Shown piece by piece: positions 29,972 to 40,763 of a DNA stretch of 64,000 bases. Each line of letters opens with the position of its first letter. Position 1 is the stretch's first letter. Under the pieces are notes generated by a model, which searched no databases, was not told the DNA's origin, and saw only the letters and a list, made by a program, of their open reading frames with translations. Origin of the DNA: an uncultured delta proteobacterium (GTDB taxonomy: Bacteria; Desulfobacterota; WTBG01; CAIYCZ01; CAIRTM01); assembly GCA_963804955.1 (NCBI GenBank), contig CAWDSQ010000025.1:11291-75290 (forward strand). The letters run 5' to 3'. Position numbers and translations under genes: made by a program.

Positions 29972-30310
29972 CTACTCGGCAGGGGGCTTTTCCAGGGGCT
30001 GCGTGCCGCCGGGCGCCTGAGCAGGAGCGCTTTGAGCCGGCTGTTCAGTCTTTTGAACATTCTTCACCAGAGAGCCTGCCGAGGGGTTGGCCGATATATA
30101 GGCCAGCGAAAGCGATGTAACCATAAAGATGACTGCTGCGGCCGTGGTGATTTTGCCCAGAAGAGGGGCAGGCCCGGCGCCGCCAAACAGCGTCTGTGTT
30201 GCGCCGCCGAATGCTGCGCCCATATCCGCTCCCTTGCCTGTCTGCAGAAGCACGATCAGGATCAGCGAGATCGATGCGACAACATGCACAAGAATCAATA
30301 ATGCATACAT
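29972..30310 (-). CDS. secG: Preprotein translocase subunit SecG
   Basis: 'ILIVLLQTGKGADMGAAFGGATQTLFG' with a Pro/Ala/Gln-rich tail. It sits in the canonical position after tpiA. Confidence 0.9.
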   Translation of the reverse strand: MYALLILVHVVASISLILIVLLQTGKGADMGAAFGGATQTLFGGAGPAPLLGKITTAAAVIFMVTSLSLAYISANPSAGSLVKNVQKTEQPAQSAPAQAPGGTQPLEKPPAE

Positions 30311-30420
30311 ACCGTGGTATCCTTACTGGCTATAAAAAACAACTATCGAAATTCGATAAGTTATAAATGTTACCGCACTTTAAAAAAAATGGCAATGCTT
30401 ATTTTTATGCAATCAGTTCG

Positions 30421-31177
30421 TTACCTGCTGAATTTTACAATCCGGGCAAACGAATCAGCCTTCAGGCTTGCACCGCCGACAAGGGCGCCGTCAATGTCCT
30501 CCTGCCCCATGAGCTCATCGACATTGTCGGCCTTGACGCTGCCGCCGTAGAGAATGCGCAGGCCCACGGCCACCTGAGTGCCGGCAAGGGCTGCAATCAA
30601 AGACCGGATAGACTTATGCACCTCTTCGGCCTGGGCCGGCGATGCCGTCTTGCCCGTGCCGATTGCCCAGACCGGCTCATAGGCGATGATGATTTTAGCT
30701 ATATCATCAGAAGGCAGTTCCGCAAGGCCGCCCTTGATCTGTTTGGCTAACGACCTGCATGGTTTTGCCTGCCTCGCGCTCCTCAAGAAGCTCCCCGACG
30801 CACATAATTGGGGTAAGCCCCGCCTTCAGCGCTGCCTTCACTTTCCTGTTGACCGTTTCATCGGTTTCGCCGAAATACTGCCGCCGCTCGGAGTGCCCGA
30901 TAATGGCATAGGCGCATCCTGCTTCTTTGAGCAGGGAGGGGGCCACCTCGCCGGTAAAGGCGCCGCTCTCTTCCCAGTAAACATCCTGGGATGAAACGGC
31001 AATATTAGAGCCTTTCAGCTCTTCTGCAACAGCATGAATGGCTGTAAAGACCGGCGCAACAACAATCTCAACGCCCTGAGCATCAGCCACCAGCGCCTTC
31101 AAATCGCGCACCAGCGCAAGGGCTTCAGCCACGGTATTGAACAGTTTCCAGTTGCCGGCAATGACCGGTGTTCTCAT
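30421..31177 (-). CDS. tpiA: Triosephosphate isomerase (one frame break ~30720-30780)
   Basis: '[15 protein letters not shown]', '[11 protein letters not shown]' and '[15 protein letters not shown]' are split over ORFs 30707..31195 and 30421..30786, which lie in different frames. Confidence 0.9.
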
Positions 31178-31366
31178 ATCGCTACTCCTTTTCACAAAAG
31201 GTTGTCTTCAGTATACGTAAAAGAAGCGGGGCAGCCCTTTGACAGGACGTTCCGCTTCCGCCCTCACATTCACACACAATCTAGTGGCTGAACGAAAACC
31301 CTGAACCATGGATTTGTTGGGTTCGCCCTTATGCCCGTACGTCTTCGTAAACATTTGTTTTGCGTA

Positions 31367-31417
31367 GGTTGGGTTGAGGCACGAAACCCAACAATGTTTT
31401 CCGGGCTTAACCCAACC
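31367..31417. repeat. Family R1 palindromic repeat (copy 2)
   Basis: 'ggttgggttgaggcacgaaacccaacaatgttttccgggcttaacccaacc'. Compare 24823-24873. Confidence 0.8.
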
Positions 31418-31438
31418 TACATTTCGTTCAGGCAGTAC

Positions 31439-32630
31439 CTATCTGTCCAGCGCCTTGATGCCGGGAAGAACCTTGCCCTCCAGCAGTTCCATGAAAGCGC
31501 CGCCGGCAGTTGAGACAAAGGTGACCTTGTCCTGATTGCCGGACTTTTTCAGCGCCGAAACCGAATCACCGCCGCCCACAATGCTCATAACAGGGGCATT
31601 GGCGATGCAGTCGGCAATGGCAAAGGTGCCGCTGCTGAACTCGGGGAGTTCAAACACGCCCATGGGGCCGTTCCAGACAACGGTTTTTGACCCTCGAATG
31701 GCATCGCTGAACACCTTGACTGTTTCGGGCCCGATATCAAGCCCCTTCCAGCCCTTGGGGATGTCGTTGACTGAAACGGTTTTCGTGGTAACCCCTGCCT
31801 TCAATTCTTCGGCGATGACGCAGTCGGTCGGAAGCAGCAGGGCCACATTTTTCGCCTGCGCCTTTTCCATGACCGTTTTGGCCGTCTCGATGAGATCTGC
31901 CTCCACAAGGGAGTCGCCGACTTCCTTTGCCCTGCGCCTTCAAAAACGTGAAGGCCATGCCGCCGCCGATGAGCAGGCGGTCGACCTTGCCGATAATATT
32001 TTCGAGCATCTCCAGTTTGCCCGACACCTTGGCCCCGCCGATAACAGCCGTCAGGGGCCGCTCCGGGTTCAGCATTGCCTTCTCAAAGCTCGTGATCTCC
32101 TTCTTCATGAGAAAGCCGCCTGCAACCACGGGCACAAAATGCGTGATGGCCTCCACCGAGGCATGGGCGCGGTGCGACACGGCAAATGCGTCGTTGACGT
32201 ATATCTCGGCGCCCGAGGCCAGCTTGCGTGCAAAATCCTCGTCGTTTTTTTCTTCCTGGGCGTAAAATCGCAGATTCTCCAGCAGCAGCACCTCACCGGG
32301 CTTTAAGGCCTGCGCCCGTGCTGCAGCTTCATCGCTTATGCAGTCGTCGACAAACTGAACCTGCGGGCCGAGCAGCTCGCCAAGGCGCCGGGCAACAGGC
32401 AGCAGGCTCATCTCCTTGACGACCTTCGCCTTCGGCCTGCCAAGATGGGAGGCCACGATAATCGCTCCGCCCTTGTCAAGAATATATGTGCAGGTCGGCA
32501 CTGTTTCCGTGATGCGGTTGTCATCGGTGATGTTCTGTTTATCATCAAGGGGCACATTGAAGTCCGCCCGGATGAAAACCCGCTTGCCCTTCACATCAAT
32601 ACCGTCAATGTATTTGATAGCCATGCTCAT
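31439..32630 (-). CDS. pgk: Phosphoglycerate kinase (one frame break ~31800-31900)
   Basis: 'VFIRADFNVPLD', 'ASHLGRPKAK' and 'IGGGMAFTFLKAQG', then in the other frame 'WNGPMGVFE...STAGGAFMELLEGK'. Confidence 0.9.
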
Positions 32631-32776
32631 GCCCTCGCACAATACGTGTCGTAAAAACTGCCTGCGTTAAATGAAACCCGCCTTTTCATTCCAGCTAGGT
32701 AAGCGGGGATAAAAAGGCAGGCTTCTGATTCAATCGATTTACTGCACCGGGATGCCCGCCCTTCAGGCGGCGGGCA

Positions 32777-33818
<1,042 letters not shown>

Positions 33819-33934
33819 TCACTGCTACCCTTGTAAAAAGCACTTCCCCCTTGCTTTTCTCAGCTCTCTTTTATACAACTAAAAACCGGTGAAACTTTAA
33901 AGATTAAATTAAACATAAACACAAGGCTTTTTCA

Positions 33935-34720
33935 ATGAAAAAAACCGACCAGCTCTTTATCGACATGATCGCTATCATCCGCAGGCTGCGCGGCCCCGGC
34001 GGCTGCCCCTGGGACCAGAAGCAGACCCCGCAGGACGTGAAGGCCTATCTGATCGAGGAGCTCTATGAACTGCTGGAGGGCATCGATGCCGATGATCCCG
34101 CGCTTTTACAGGAAGAGGTGGGCGACATACTGTTCATGATAGCGTTTCTGGTGAACCTGTATGAAGAAAAAAATGTTTTCACCATGGCAGATGCCCTTGA
34201 GCAGGTGACGGCCAAAATGGTGCACCGGCATCCCCATGTCTTTGGCGACACACAGGTGCGCTCGGCCGATGACGTGAAGGCAAACTGGCAGATCCTCAAG
34301 GAAAAAGAAGGCAAAAAGCCCAAAGCATCGCATCTTGACGGCATTCCCGCCAATCTGCCAGGCCTGTCACGCAGCTGGTTTCTAACGGCAAAAGCGGCTG
34401 AGGTCGGGTTTGACTGGGCAGGGCCCCGCGACGTGCTGCGCAAGGTGCGAGAGGAAATCGATGAACTTGAGGCGGAAATCGAGCGGGGCGATACAGCCCG
34501 GGCTGCTGCCGAAACAGGCGACCTGCTCTTCAGCATTGTCAACCTTGCCCGGCATCTGCGCATCGAACCCGAACAGGCCCTGCGCGCCACCAATGACCGG
34601 TTTATGCGCCGCTTTGCCTATATCGAACAGGCTTTGCTGAAACAGGGCAAAAGCATAAAAGAGTCGACGCTTGAGGAAATGGACCTTTTGTGGGAGGAAG
34701 CCAAGCGAAGCAATGTGTAA
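33935..34720 (+). CDS. mazG: Nucleoside triphosphate pyrophosphohydrolase MazG
   Basis: 'LRGPGGCPWDQKQT..EELYELLEGI..EVGDILF' plus a second MazG repeat 'ETGDLLFSIVNLARH'. Confidence 0.85.
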   Translation: MKKTDQLFIDMIAIIRRLRGPGGCPWDQKQTPQDVKAYLIEELYELLEGIDADDPALLQEEVGDILFMIAFLVNLYEEKNVFTMADALEQVTAKMVHRHPHVFGDTQVRSADDVKANWQILKEKEGKKPKASHLDGIPANLPGLSRSWFLTAKAAEVGFDWAGPRDVLRKVREEIDELEAEIERGDTARAAAETGDLLFSIVNLARHLRIEPEQALRATNDRFMRRFAYIEQALLKQGKSIKESTLEEMDLLWEEAKRSNV

Positions 34721-35531
34721 TAACGGCATCAGGGCCTGCCGCGGGTTCTAATAGAAGCCCCGGGGCAGGCACGGGGATTGGAAAATCCTGACAAGCGGTC
34801 TCAGGGCGCGGTTTTTTGAGTTCTTTTGTTCTTTGGGTTCTTTGAGTTTTGAAGTTTTTTTCCGACGGGGCCGGCTCGGCTCCGGTCGCGGTTTTATCAT
34901 TGCTCAGCCGCTTGCGGTCGAGCCGCTGCTGGCGCAGCTTCTTAAGTATTTCCATGACCTGCTGGCGATTCTGCTGCACAGACTGCTGGCTTTTCTCCTG
35001 CATGCGCAGGAGCTGCTTTTCGGCGTCAGAAAGAATATTCCACTCGGAAAAAAGCTTTTCCTTCTCTTCAGCCGTCAGGCGCTGCAAGACGTCGTAATTT
35101 TCAAAAAACTTCTCCTGGTCCTGAGGACGCATCTTTTTGAGCATATCATAGCGTTTGCTGAGCAAATTGCGCTGGTCAGGGCTCATTTTTTTCCACTGTT
35201 TGTAGCGGTCACGCACCACCTTGCGCTGCAACTCATCCATGCTCTTGAAGCGGTTATAATTTTCCATGATTTTATGCTGCTGCTGCATGGGAAAAGACTT
35301 GAATTTCTTATAATTATCAAGAACGCGCTGGCGGTCTTCCTGGCTCATCTGCTTCCAGGCATTGAGCGACCCGCGAAGCTGGTCCCGCTCCTGCCCGGAA
35401 AGAGCGCTCCAGTCGGCAAGACTGTCGCCGGAAACAGAGCCCTGCGCAAACGCCATGCGCCCCGAAACGCCCGTGCCGCAGATAAGCAGCACAAGCATCA
35501 CCACTGGCAGCAAATAATATGTACGCACCAT
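34602..35531 (-). CDS. Periplasmic DUF3106-like repeat protein (3' end uncertain)
   Basis: Signal peptide, then repeated 'W..MS.E.R..L..NY..F' units (e.g. 'NAWKQMSQEDRQRVLDNYKKFK', 'YKQWKKMSPDQRNLLSKRYD'). The last ~40 codons are low complexity and overlap the mazG 3' end by 119 nt, so the true stop may be earlier. Confidence 0.55.
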   Translation of the reverse strand: MVRTYYLLPVVMLVLLICGTGVSGRMAFAQGSVSGDSLADWSALSGQERDQLRGSLNAWKQMSQEDRQRVLDNYKKFKSFPMQQQHKIMENYNRFKSMDELQRKVVRDRYKQWKKMSPDQRNLLSKRYDMLKKMRPQDQEKFFENYDVLQRLTAEEKEKLFSEWNILSDAEKQLLRMQEKSQQSVQQNRQQVMEILKKLRQQRLDRKRLSNDKTATGAEPAPSEKNFKTQRTQRTKELKKPRPETACQDFPIPVPAPGLLLEPAAGPDAVITHCFAWLPPTKGPFPQASTLLCFCPVSAKPVRYRQSGA

Positions 35532-35540
35532 AACGTCTTC

Positions 35541-35786
35541 CTACTCGTTTGCCGTTAAGACATCAAGGGTTTTAAGCATCTCAATGTCTTCATTGTCGAA
35601 CAGCTTAAGGTTCTTGAGCATTTCCATATGCTGGATAATCTCTTTGTCCTCATCGGAAATCTGCTCGGTTTTTTTTTCTTCCTTCTGCTGCTCGGCGTCC
35701 TGCGGCCACGCAACCGCTTCCGGGCCCGCTGTCATCAGAAGTGCTGCGGCCCATGCCGCTCTGAAAAATACTCTACCCTGCTTCAC
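35541..35786 (-). CDS. Small secreted acidic protein
   Basis: Signal peptide 'AAWAAALLMTAGPEAVA'. It overlaps the anti-sigma stop by 4 nt, suggesting translational coupling. Confidence 0.45.
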   Translation of the reverse strand: MKQGRVFFRAAWAAALLMTAGPEAVAWPQDAEQQKEEKKTEQISDEDKEIIQHMEMLKNLKLFDNEDIEMLKTLDVLTANE

Positions 35787-36295
35787 CCCTGCTCATCCTG
35801 CTCCAGCTCATCAAGCATCTGTATGAGCTCAAAATTTTCAAGCGCTTCGCTGTATTGAATGACATCCAGATTTGTATACAAATCAAGGTCTGCCGCGACC
35901 ATGGCCTCCTGCTGCGGCAGGGCAGCATAGGGTGGACGCAGAAGGTACAGGGTCACAACAAAAACACCCAGGGCAAGCCCTGCCGACAAAGAAAGGCCTG
36001 CGGGCCGGGTAAAAAAAGCCTTGGCAGCAGATCGCAGCCGCTCCAGGCCGTAATGCTCTTCCGGCTCCTGGCGAACCCCGGCCAGCTTTGTCCAGAATAT
36101 GCGGTCAAACTCCGCCGAGGGCTCTATCAGGGGAGGCTGCGGCAGTGCGTTCACCTGGCGAAGCCCGGCAACCACTGCGCTGCAGGAGCTGCAGGCCCGC
36201 ACATGGCGTTCAACGCGCGCAGCTATGTCGGCCGGCAGTTCGCCGTCGACATAGGCAACCAGATCGTGCTGATGTTTCATGCATGAAATCTTCAT
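35783..36295 (-). CDS. Anti-sigma factor (zf-HC2), single-pass membrane protein
   Basis: 'HQHDLVAYVDGELPADIAARVERHVRACSSC', with a TM helix 'LSLSAGLALGVFVVTLYLL'. Confidence 0.75.
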   Translation of the reverse strand: MKISCMKHQHDLVAYVDGELPADIAARVERHVRACSSCSAVVAGLRQVNALPQPPLIEPSAEFDRIFWTKLAGVRQEPEEHYGLERLRSAAKAFFTRPAGLSLSAGLALGVFVVTLYLLRPPYAALPQQEAMVAADLDLYTNLDVIQYSEALENFELIQMLDELEQDEQG

Positions 36296-36296
36296 A

Positions 36297-36914
36297 TCAG
36301 TTCACCATGCCCCCTTTTTTCAGTATATCGCGCAGCGCCAGTTTCGATCGGTGAATAATTGACTTCACAGCCGCTTCCGAACACCCCAGCCGCTGCCCGA
36401 TCTCGCGATAGGAAAGCTGGTCATAGACGCTCAAAATTAAAGCAAGCCTCTGTTTTTTCGGGAGTTTTTCAAGAGCATGCTGCACCTGCCGCTGCTGCTC
36501 GCTGGCAGCCATCTGCTCATCTGTTTTTACCTTTGAGCGCTCATCAACGGGGTCATACTGCATGGAGTCATTATGCTCATCAGGCCCCTTGAATTCTATT
36601 TCATACTTATAACGGCCGGTGCGCAGTTCGTTCAGGCAGATATTTGTTGCGATACGGTATATCCAGGTCGAAAACATTGCTTCCGGCCGATACGATCCGG
36701 AACTCTTATATACCCGGAGAAACACCTCCTGGGTCAGTTCCTCTGCAATACGCCGATCCTGACAATAACGATAAATAAAATTGAGGAGCGGCCCCCGGTA
36801 CTCTTCAAACAGCTTTCTAAATGCCCCTTCTTCGCCCCCCTGAAAGCGGAGCATCAACTGCACATTGGGGTCATTATGATGCTGTTTTTCTATATTTTCT
36901 AACACAGCGCCCAC
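36297..36914 (-). CDS. ECF (sigma-70 family) RNA polymerase sigma factor
   Basis: Region 2 'FSTWIYRIATNICLNELR' and region 4 'SYREIGQRLGCSEAAVKSIIHRSK'. Confidence 0.9.
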   Translation of the reverse strand: MGAVLENIEKQHHNDPNVQLMLRFQGGEEGAFRKLFEEYRGPLLNFIYRYCQDRRIAEELTQEVFLRVYKSSGSYRPEAMFSTWIYRIATNICLNELRTGRYKYEIEFKGPDEHNDSMQYDPVDERSKVKTDEQMAASEQQRQVQHALEKLPKKQRLALILSVYDQLSYREIGQRLGCSEAAVKSIIHRSKLALRDILKKGGMVN

Positions 36915-36993
36915 TGAAAAGTTGTAAAAATCTCACGCAGCAACGTTTTTTTGAGAAAAGCTAATTCTATATAATTTATACAAAAAACTACAG

Positions 36994-38292
36994 CTAATTG
37001 CCAAACAAATAACTGATGCCGAACAAAAACTCGGTTGACATATGCGTGCGGTAGCCGGTGAGGCGCTTAAAATAATTGCCCGGGCTGAATATATTTATTT
37101 CCGTAAAAAACTGAAGATTTTCATTTATGCTGTAGTAGCCCATACAGTCGGTTTCCCAGCCATAGACCCTGCCCTGCCCCCGGGGCCCGCGCTGCGTAAA
37201 AAGATAGGCTCCGATCAGCTTCAGCTCAAGGCGGTTATTGACACGCATGTCAAGGCTCAACCCGGGTGTTGCCACGCCCGCAAGCTGCATGCCCCCGATG
37301 CCGACATGGTCGGAGGAATATTGGCTGTCAATGCCGCCGTTGAAAAATATATTGGTCTTGTCAATATAGGGATCAATAGCCGTAAAGGCGGTAAATGTGC
37401 CCTTGCGCGGGTTGCCGTCGCCGCTTGCCATGAAAAAAAAGGCTGTCATGGTGCAGCGGTCCGTCAGTACATAGTCTAAATTGACATCAAGCATATAGCC
37501 TTGTGTGCGCATGCTGCGCGAATCCGCCAGCAGGGATTTGCTGCGCAGCCGGGCAGAGCCGGTTTCATACAGAGCAGTTGTGCGCAAAAGGAAATTGCCG
37601 ACAAACTTTCGCAGCGACAGCCCGAACCACTGCGTCCGGCTCCTGCCTTTATAGAAGCTGCTGTAATCAAGAGAATTGTAAATCTGCGCCAGGCCGCTGT
37701 GGTTGTCCCGGTAATGGCCATAGATGATACTGCCGCTTTCAAGCAGCGAAAAGCAGTACCGCAGCTCGGCATGCACATAGGGGCAGCTCTGATCAACCCG
37801 GGTGACAAGCGCTTCAAGCTTGAGGGGCAGATCAAAGCCCTTTTCCAGGTCGGCCCGCAGCCGCAGCGTCGGCGACTCGTCATCATAGATGAATCCCCCG
37901 GCCGTGCTCAGAGCCTGCTGCCCGACCGCCAGCGTGCTCCACCGGGCTCCCGGAATATATGCCTTCAGATACGCATTGCGCAAATCGATATCCTGGTCGG
38001 TATCGCTGTCATCCATCTCATAGGTGAACTGGCCCTCAGCCTCGACAACGGCCTGCAGGGAGGATCCGATCTGCAGGGTGGCCGCCGGCGCCACGTACAG
38101 CACATGCAGGCTGCGGTCCTGGTCAAAAGAACGGCTGCCGCTGTCATAAAAATCGTTCATGAAATGAAAGCGGTCATTGATAAAAAGCGAATAGCTGAGC
38201 CTGTCGGAGGAAAGAAGCTGGGCAAACCCCTGCCGGGGCAGGAAGCAGAGGAAGGCTGCAAGTATAAAAATCAGGCGATATGTGGTCTTCAT
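36994..38292 (-). CDS. Putative outer-membrane beta-barrel protein
   Basis: Signal peptide, alternating-hydrophobicity strands, and an aromatic-rich C-terminus '...FLFGISYLFGN'. Family not recognised. Confidence 0.45.
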   Translation of the reverse strand: MKTTYRLIFILAAFLCFLPRQGFAQLLSSDRLSYSLFINDRFHFMNDFYDSGSRSFDQDRSLHVLYVAPAATLQIGSSLQAVVEAEGQFTYEMDDSDTDQDIDLRNAYLKAYIPGARWSTLAVGQQALSTAGGFIYDDESPTLRLRADLEKGFDLPLKLEALVTRVDQSCPYVHAELRYCFSLLESGSIIYGHYRDNHSGLAQIYNSLDYSSFYKGRSRTQWFGLSLRKFVGNFLLRTTALYETGSARLRSKSLLADSRSMRTQGYMLDVNLDYVLTDRCTMTAFFFMASGDGNPRKGTFTAFTAIDPYIDKTNIFFNGGIDSQYSSDHVGIGGMQLAGVATPGLSLDMRVNNRLELKLIGAYLFTQRGPRGQGRVYGWETDCMGYYSINENLQFFTEINIFSPGNYFKRLTGYRTHMSTEFLFGISYLFGN

Positions 38293-38296
38293 GAAA

Positions 38297-39139
38297 TTAC
38301 AGCATCAGCCGCGTCAGCACATCTTCGGTTTTGTAGCCGCGCTCACGGGCAATAATGTCAAGATGCAGGGTCGCGGGATGTTCTACTTCGGGAACAAGCG
38401 CATCGGAAAATTCCCGAAAATCCGCTGTTTTTAAATAGCGCTTGCAGGCGCGGCAGAGCATGACCCGGTATTCGGGCGCAGCATCGGGTTTGAAATATTC
38501 AAGTTTTTCATGCTCGTCGATGCCGCAAAACGGGCACTGCAGCCGCGGAAACTGCCACGAGGCGCCGCAGTCCTGGCAGAAGAGCCGTCGCCGGTTCTCC
38601 TGGCCGAAGATTTCGGCAAAACAGGGGAAACCGCCGCAGACCGGGCAACAGCCCTCATGCCACTGCTCTTCCCCCACCTTCGGGCTCAGCAACCCGGCAT
38701 ACCTTTCAAGCCAGGGCCGCATGGATTCCTTGATAAGAAACAGCATCAAATCGCGACCGTCACCGAATGGGTCAAGCGCTTTAACAATATCTCCCGGAGG
38801 GAGCTTTTTCAACAGCTCACCTGCCGCATCTGACTGCAGCCGTATGGCCGCTGCCCCGCCTGGATTTCGCCGGGCGACTATATCAAGAAGCGTAGAAAAA
38901 TAGTTCGCAAGCACCGCGGCATCATACTGGAAATGCCGCTTTTCAAGCAGCGGGAACCCCTCCTGCAGGCGCTGGGCAATGCCCTGGCCATCCTGATACG
39001 GATCGGCCACGGCCAGGTTCTGAAGCACGGCGTCGCGTGCGATAAACACCTGTTCGAAAAAATCCAGAATATCATTAAACCCGGGCCTGCCCCCCCTGAT
39101 CTGATCAATCCGCTTCAGCTTTTCCTGCAAGGTGCTCAT
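38297..39139 (-). CDS. fdhE: FdhE-like formate dehydrogenase accessory protein
   Basis: Four CxxC pairs with FdhE spacing: 'CPVCGG', 'CQDCG', 'CPFCG', 'CRACKRYLK'. Confidence 0.75.
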   Translation of the reverse strand: MSTLQEKLKRIDQIRGGRPGFNDILDFFEQVFIARDAVLQNLAVADPYQDGQGIAQRLQEGFPLLEKRHFQYDAAVLANYFSTLLDIVARRNPGGAAAIRLQSDAAGELLKKLPPGDIVKALDPFGDGRDLMLFLIKESMRPWLERYAGLLSPKVGEEQWHEGCCPVCGGFPCFAEIFGQENRRRLFCQDCGASWQFPRLQCPFCGIDEHEKLEYFKPDAAPEYRVMLCRACKRYLKTADFREFSDALVPEVEHPATLHLDIIARERGYKTEDVLTRLML

Positions 39140-39324
39140 TATCGCTCTGCCCGCTTCTCTTCATTGTTCATGTTTTTGACTCCGGATTGCACAATCCGCC
39201 CCCTCCGCAATTGCCTACTTCGTGTACCACAGATCCCCTGTCAAATCTACTGTTTCTTTCCCCCTTGACTTCACCGGCAGGTGCATGTATCTATGTAATA
39301 CCTTACTTTTTTAAAAAAACGCTC

Positions 39325-39876
39325 ATGACGACTGCCCATACACACATACCGGCCAGAGAGGAATGCCTGAGTATCATGGAAGCCCATGACATGCTTCCTA
39401 ATATCAAAGCCCACAGCATCACTGTCTGCCGCTTTGCTGTTGCCATTGCGCAGGCTGCTAATGATGGAGGCTGCGATTTTCATATTCCCGCCATTGAGGC
39501 CGCGGCCCTTCTTCACGATATCACGAAAACCAGAAGCCTCGAGACCGGTGAAAACCATGCCCGCACCGGCGCCGACCTGCTGCGGGAACTGGGATATGCC
39601 GCAGTTGGAGACATGGTGGCGGAGCATGTCTCCCCGACTGACCATGGAGGTGATCTTACCGCCGGAGAACTTCTCAGCTATGCCGACAAAAGGGTGCTTC
39701 ATGACCGCGTCGTGAGCATTGATGAGCGGTTCGACTATCTGTATGAGCGCTACGGCCGGGACGAGCATGCTGTGCAGCGCATCAGCCTGGCCCGCATCCG
39801 CACACAGGAAATTGAAGACAAACTGCGGGCGCGGCTCAACGGCAGCGCGCGGGCCATTATCTGCGATTTCACCTGA
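39325..39876 (+). CDS. HD/HDIG-domain phosphohydrolase
   Basis: 'AHSITVCRFAVAIA..AALLHDITK...HARTGADLL'. Confidence 0.75.
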   Translation: MTTAHTHIPAREECLSIMEAHDMLPNIKAHSITVCRFAVAIAQAANDGGCDFHIPAIEAAALLHDITKTRSLETGENHARTGADLLRELGYAAVGDMVAEHVSPTDHGGDLTAGELLSYADKRVLHDRVVSIDERFDYLYERYGRDEHAVQRISLARIRTQEIEDKLRARLNGSARAIICDFT

Positions 39877-39887
39877 CAGGAAAAAGC

Positions 39888-40750
39888 ATGCCACATACGA
39901 TCACCGCCAGCACAACCCTGTGCGCCGTCATCGGCAACCCTGTCGGGCATTCGCTCTCACCGGACATCCACAATGCCGCCTTCCGGCATCTTGGCCTCGA
40001 CTGGATATACACGGCCTTCCGCGTTGAAGATCTGGCCAATGCCATTGCGGGCATCAGGGCGCTGGGCATCAGAGGCGTGAGCATCACCATTCCGCATAAA
40101 GTGGCGGCACTGCCCCTGCTTGACAGCCTGGAGGAAACGGCAGCCAAAATCGGCGCCGTAAATACCATCGTCAATACCGGCGGCCGCCTGCACGGCATCA
40201 ATACCGACGGCGCGGGAGCGCTCAGGGCGCTGACCGGGGCGGGCCACAATCCGGCGGGCGCCAGCGTACTCATTTTAGGATCAGGCGGCGCGGCGCGTGC
40301 CATCGCATTCACCATCGCCGTGCATGCAGCTCCCGGCGCGCCTTGCCATAGCCGGCATCGTGCCCGGCGAGCTTGCGTCCCTCTGCGCAGACATCGCGGC
40401 CGCCACGCCTGTCTCGCCCGTGCCGGTTGCCATGACCGCAGATACTCTCCGGGAGGCAGTTGCAGGCGCCCGCATCATCATCAACTGCACGCCCCTGGGC
40501 ATGCACCCGCAGGCAGATGCCTCACCCCTGCCTGAAGGGCTGCTCAATAGCCGGCATGTGGTGTTTGATATCGTCTACAATCCGCTCACGACACCGCCTG
40601 CTCAAAGATGCCGGGGCTTGCGGGGCTGCCGTCATCAGCGGCATTGAGATGTTTCTCAATCAGGCCTGCCTGCAATTCGAGCACTGGACAGGCCTGCCCG
40701 CACCGGCAGAGGTGATGCGCGAGGTGCTTGTGAAAAAATTTTCCGCATGA
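39888..40750 (+). CDS. aroE: Shikimate dehydrogenase (two frame breaks, ~40310 and ~40590)
   Basis: 'LCAVIGNPVGHSLSPDIHNAAF', 'GVSITIPHK', 'GAVNTIV', 'NTDGAG' and 'ILGSGGAARAI', then 'INCTPLGM' and 'VFDIVYNP' in frame 2, and 'GIEMFLNQACLQFEHWTG' in frame 3. Confidence 0.85.
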
Positions 40751-40763
40751 GGGGCTCGCCATC

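Noticed and set aside
34602-34720. 119-nt convergent overlap between the mazG and DUF3106-like ORFs as a possible antisense regulatory arrangement.
   Set aside because: The overlapping tail of the DUF3106-like ORF is low-complexity and unlike its repeat units. A missed indel causing read-through, as is common in this contig, is more likely.
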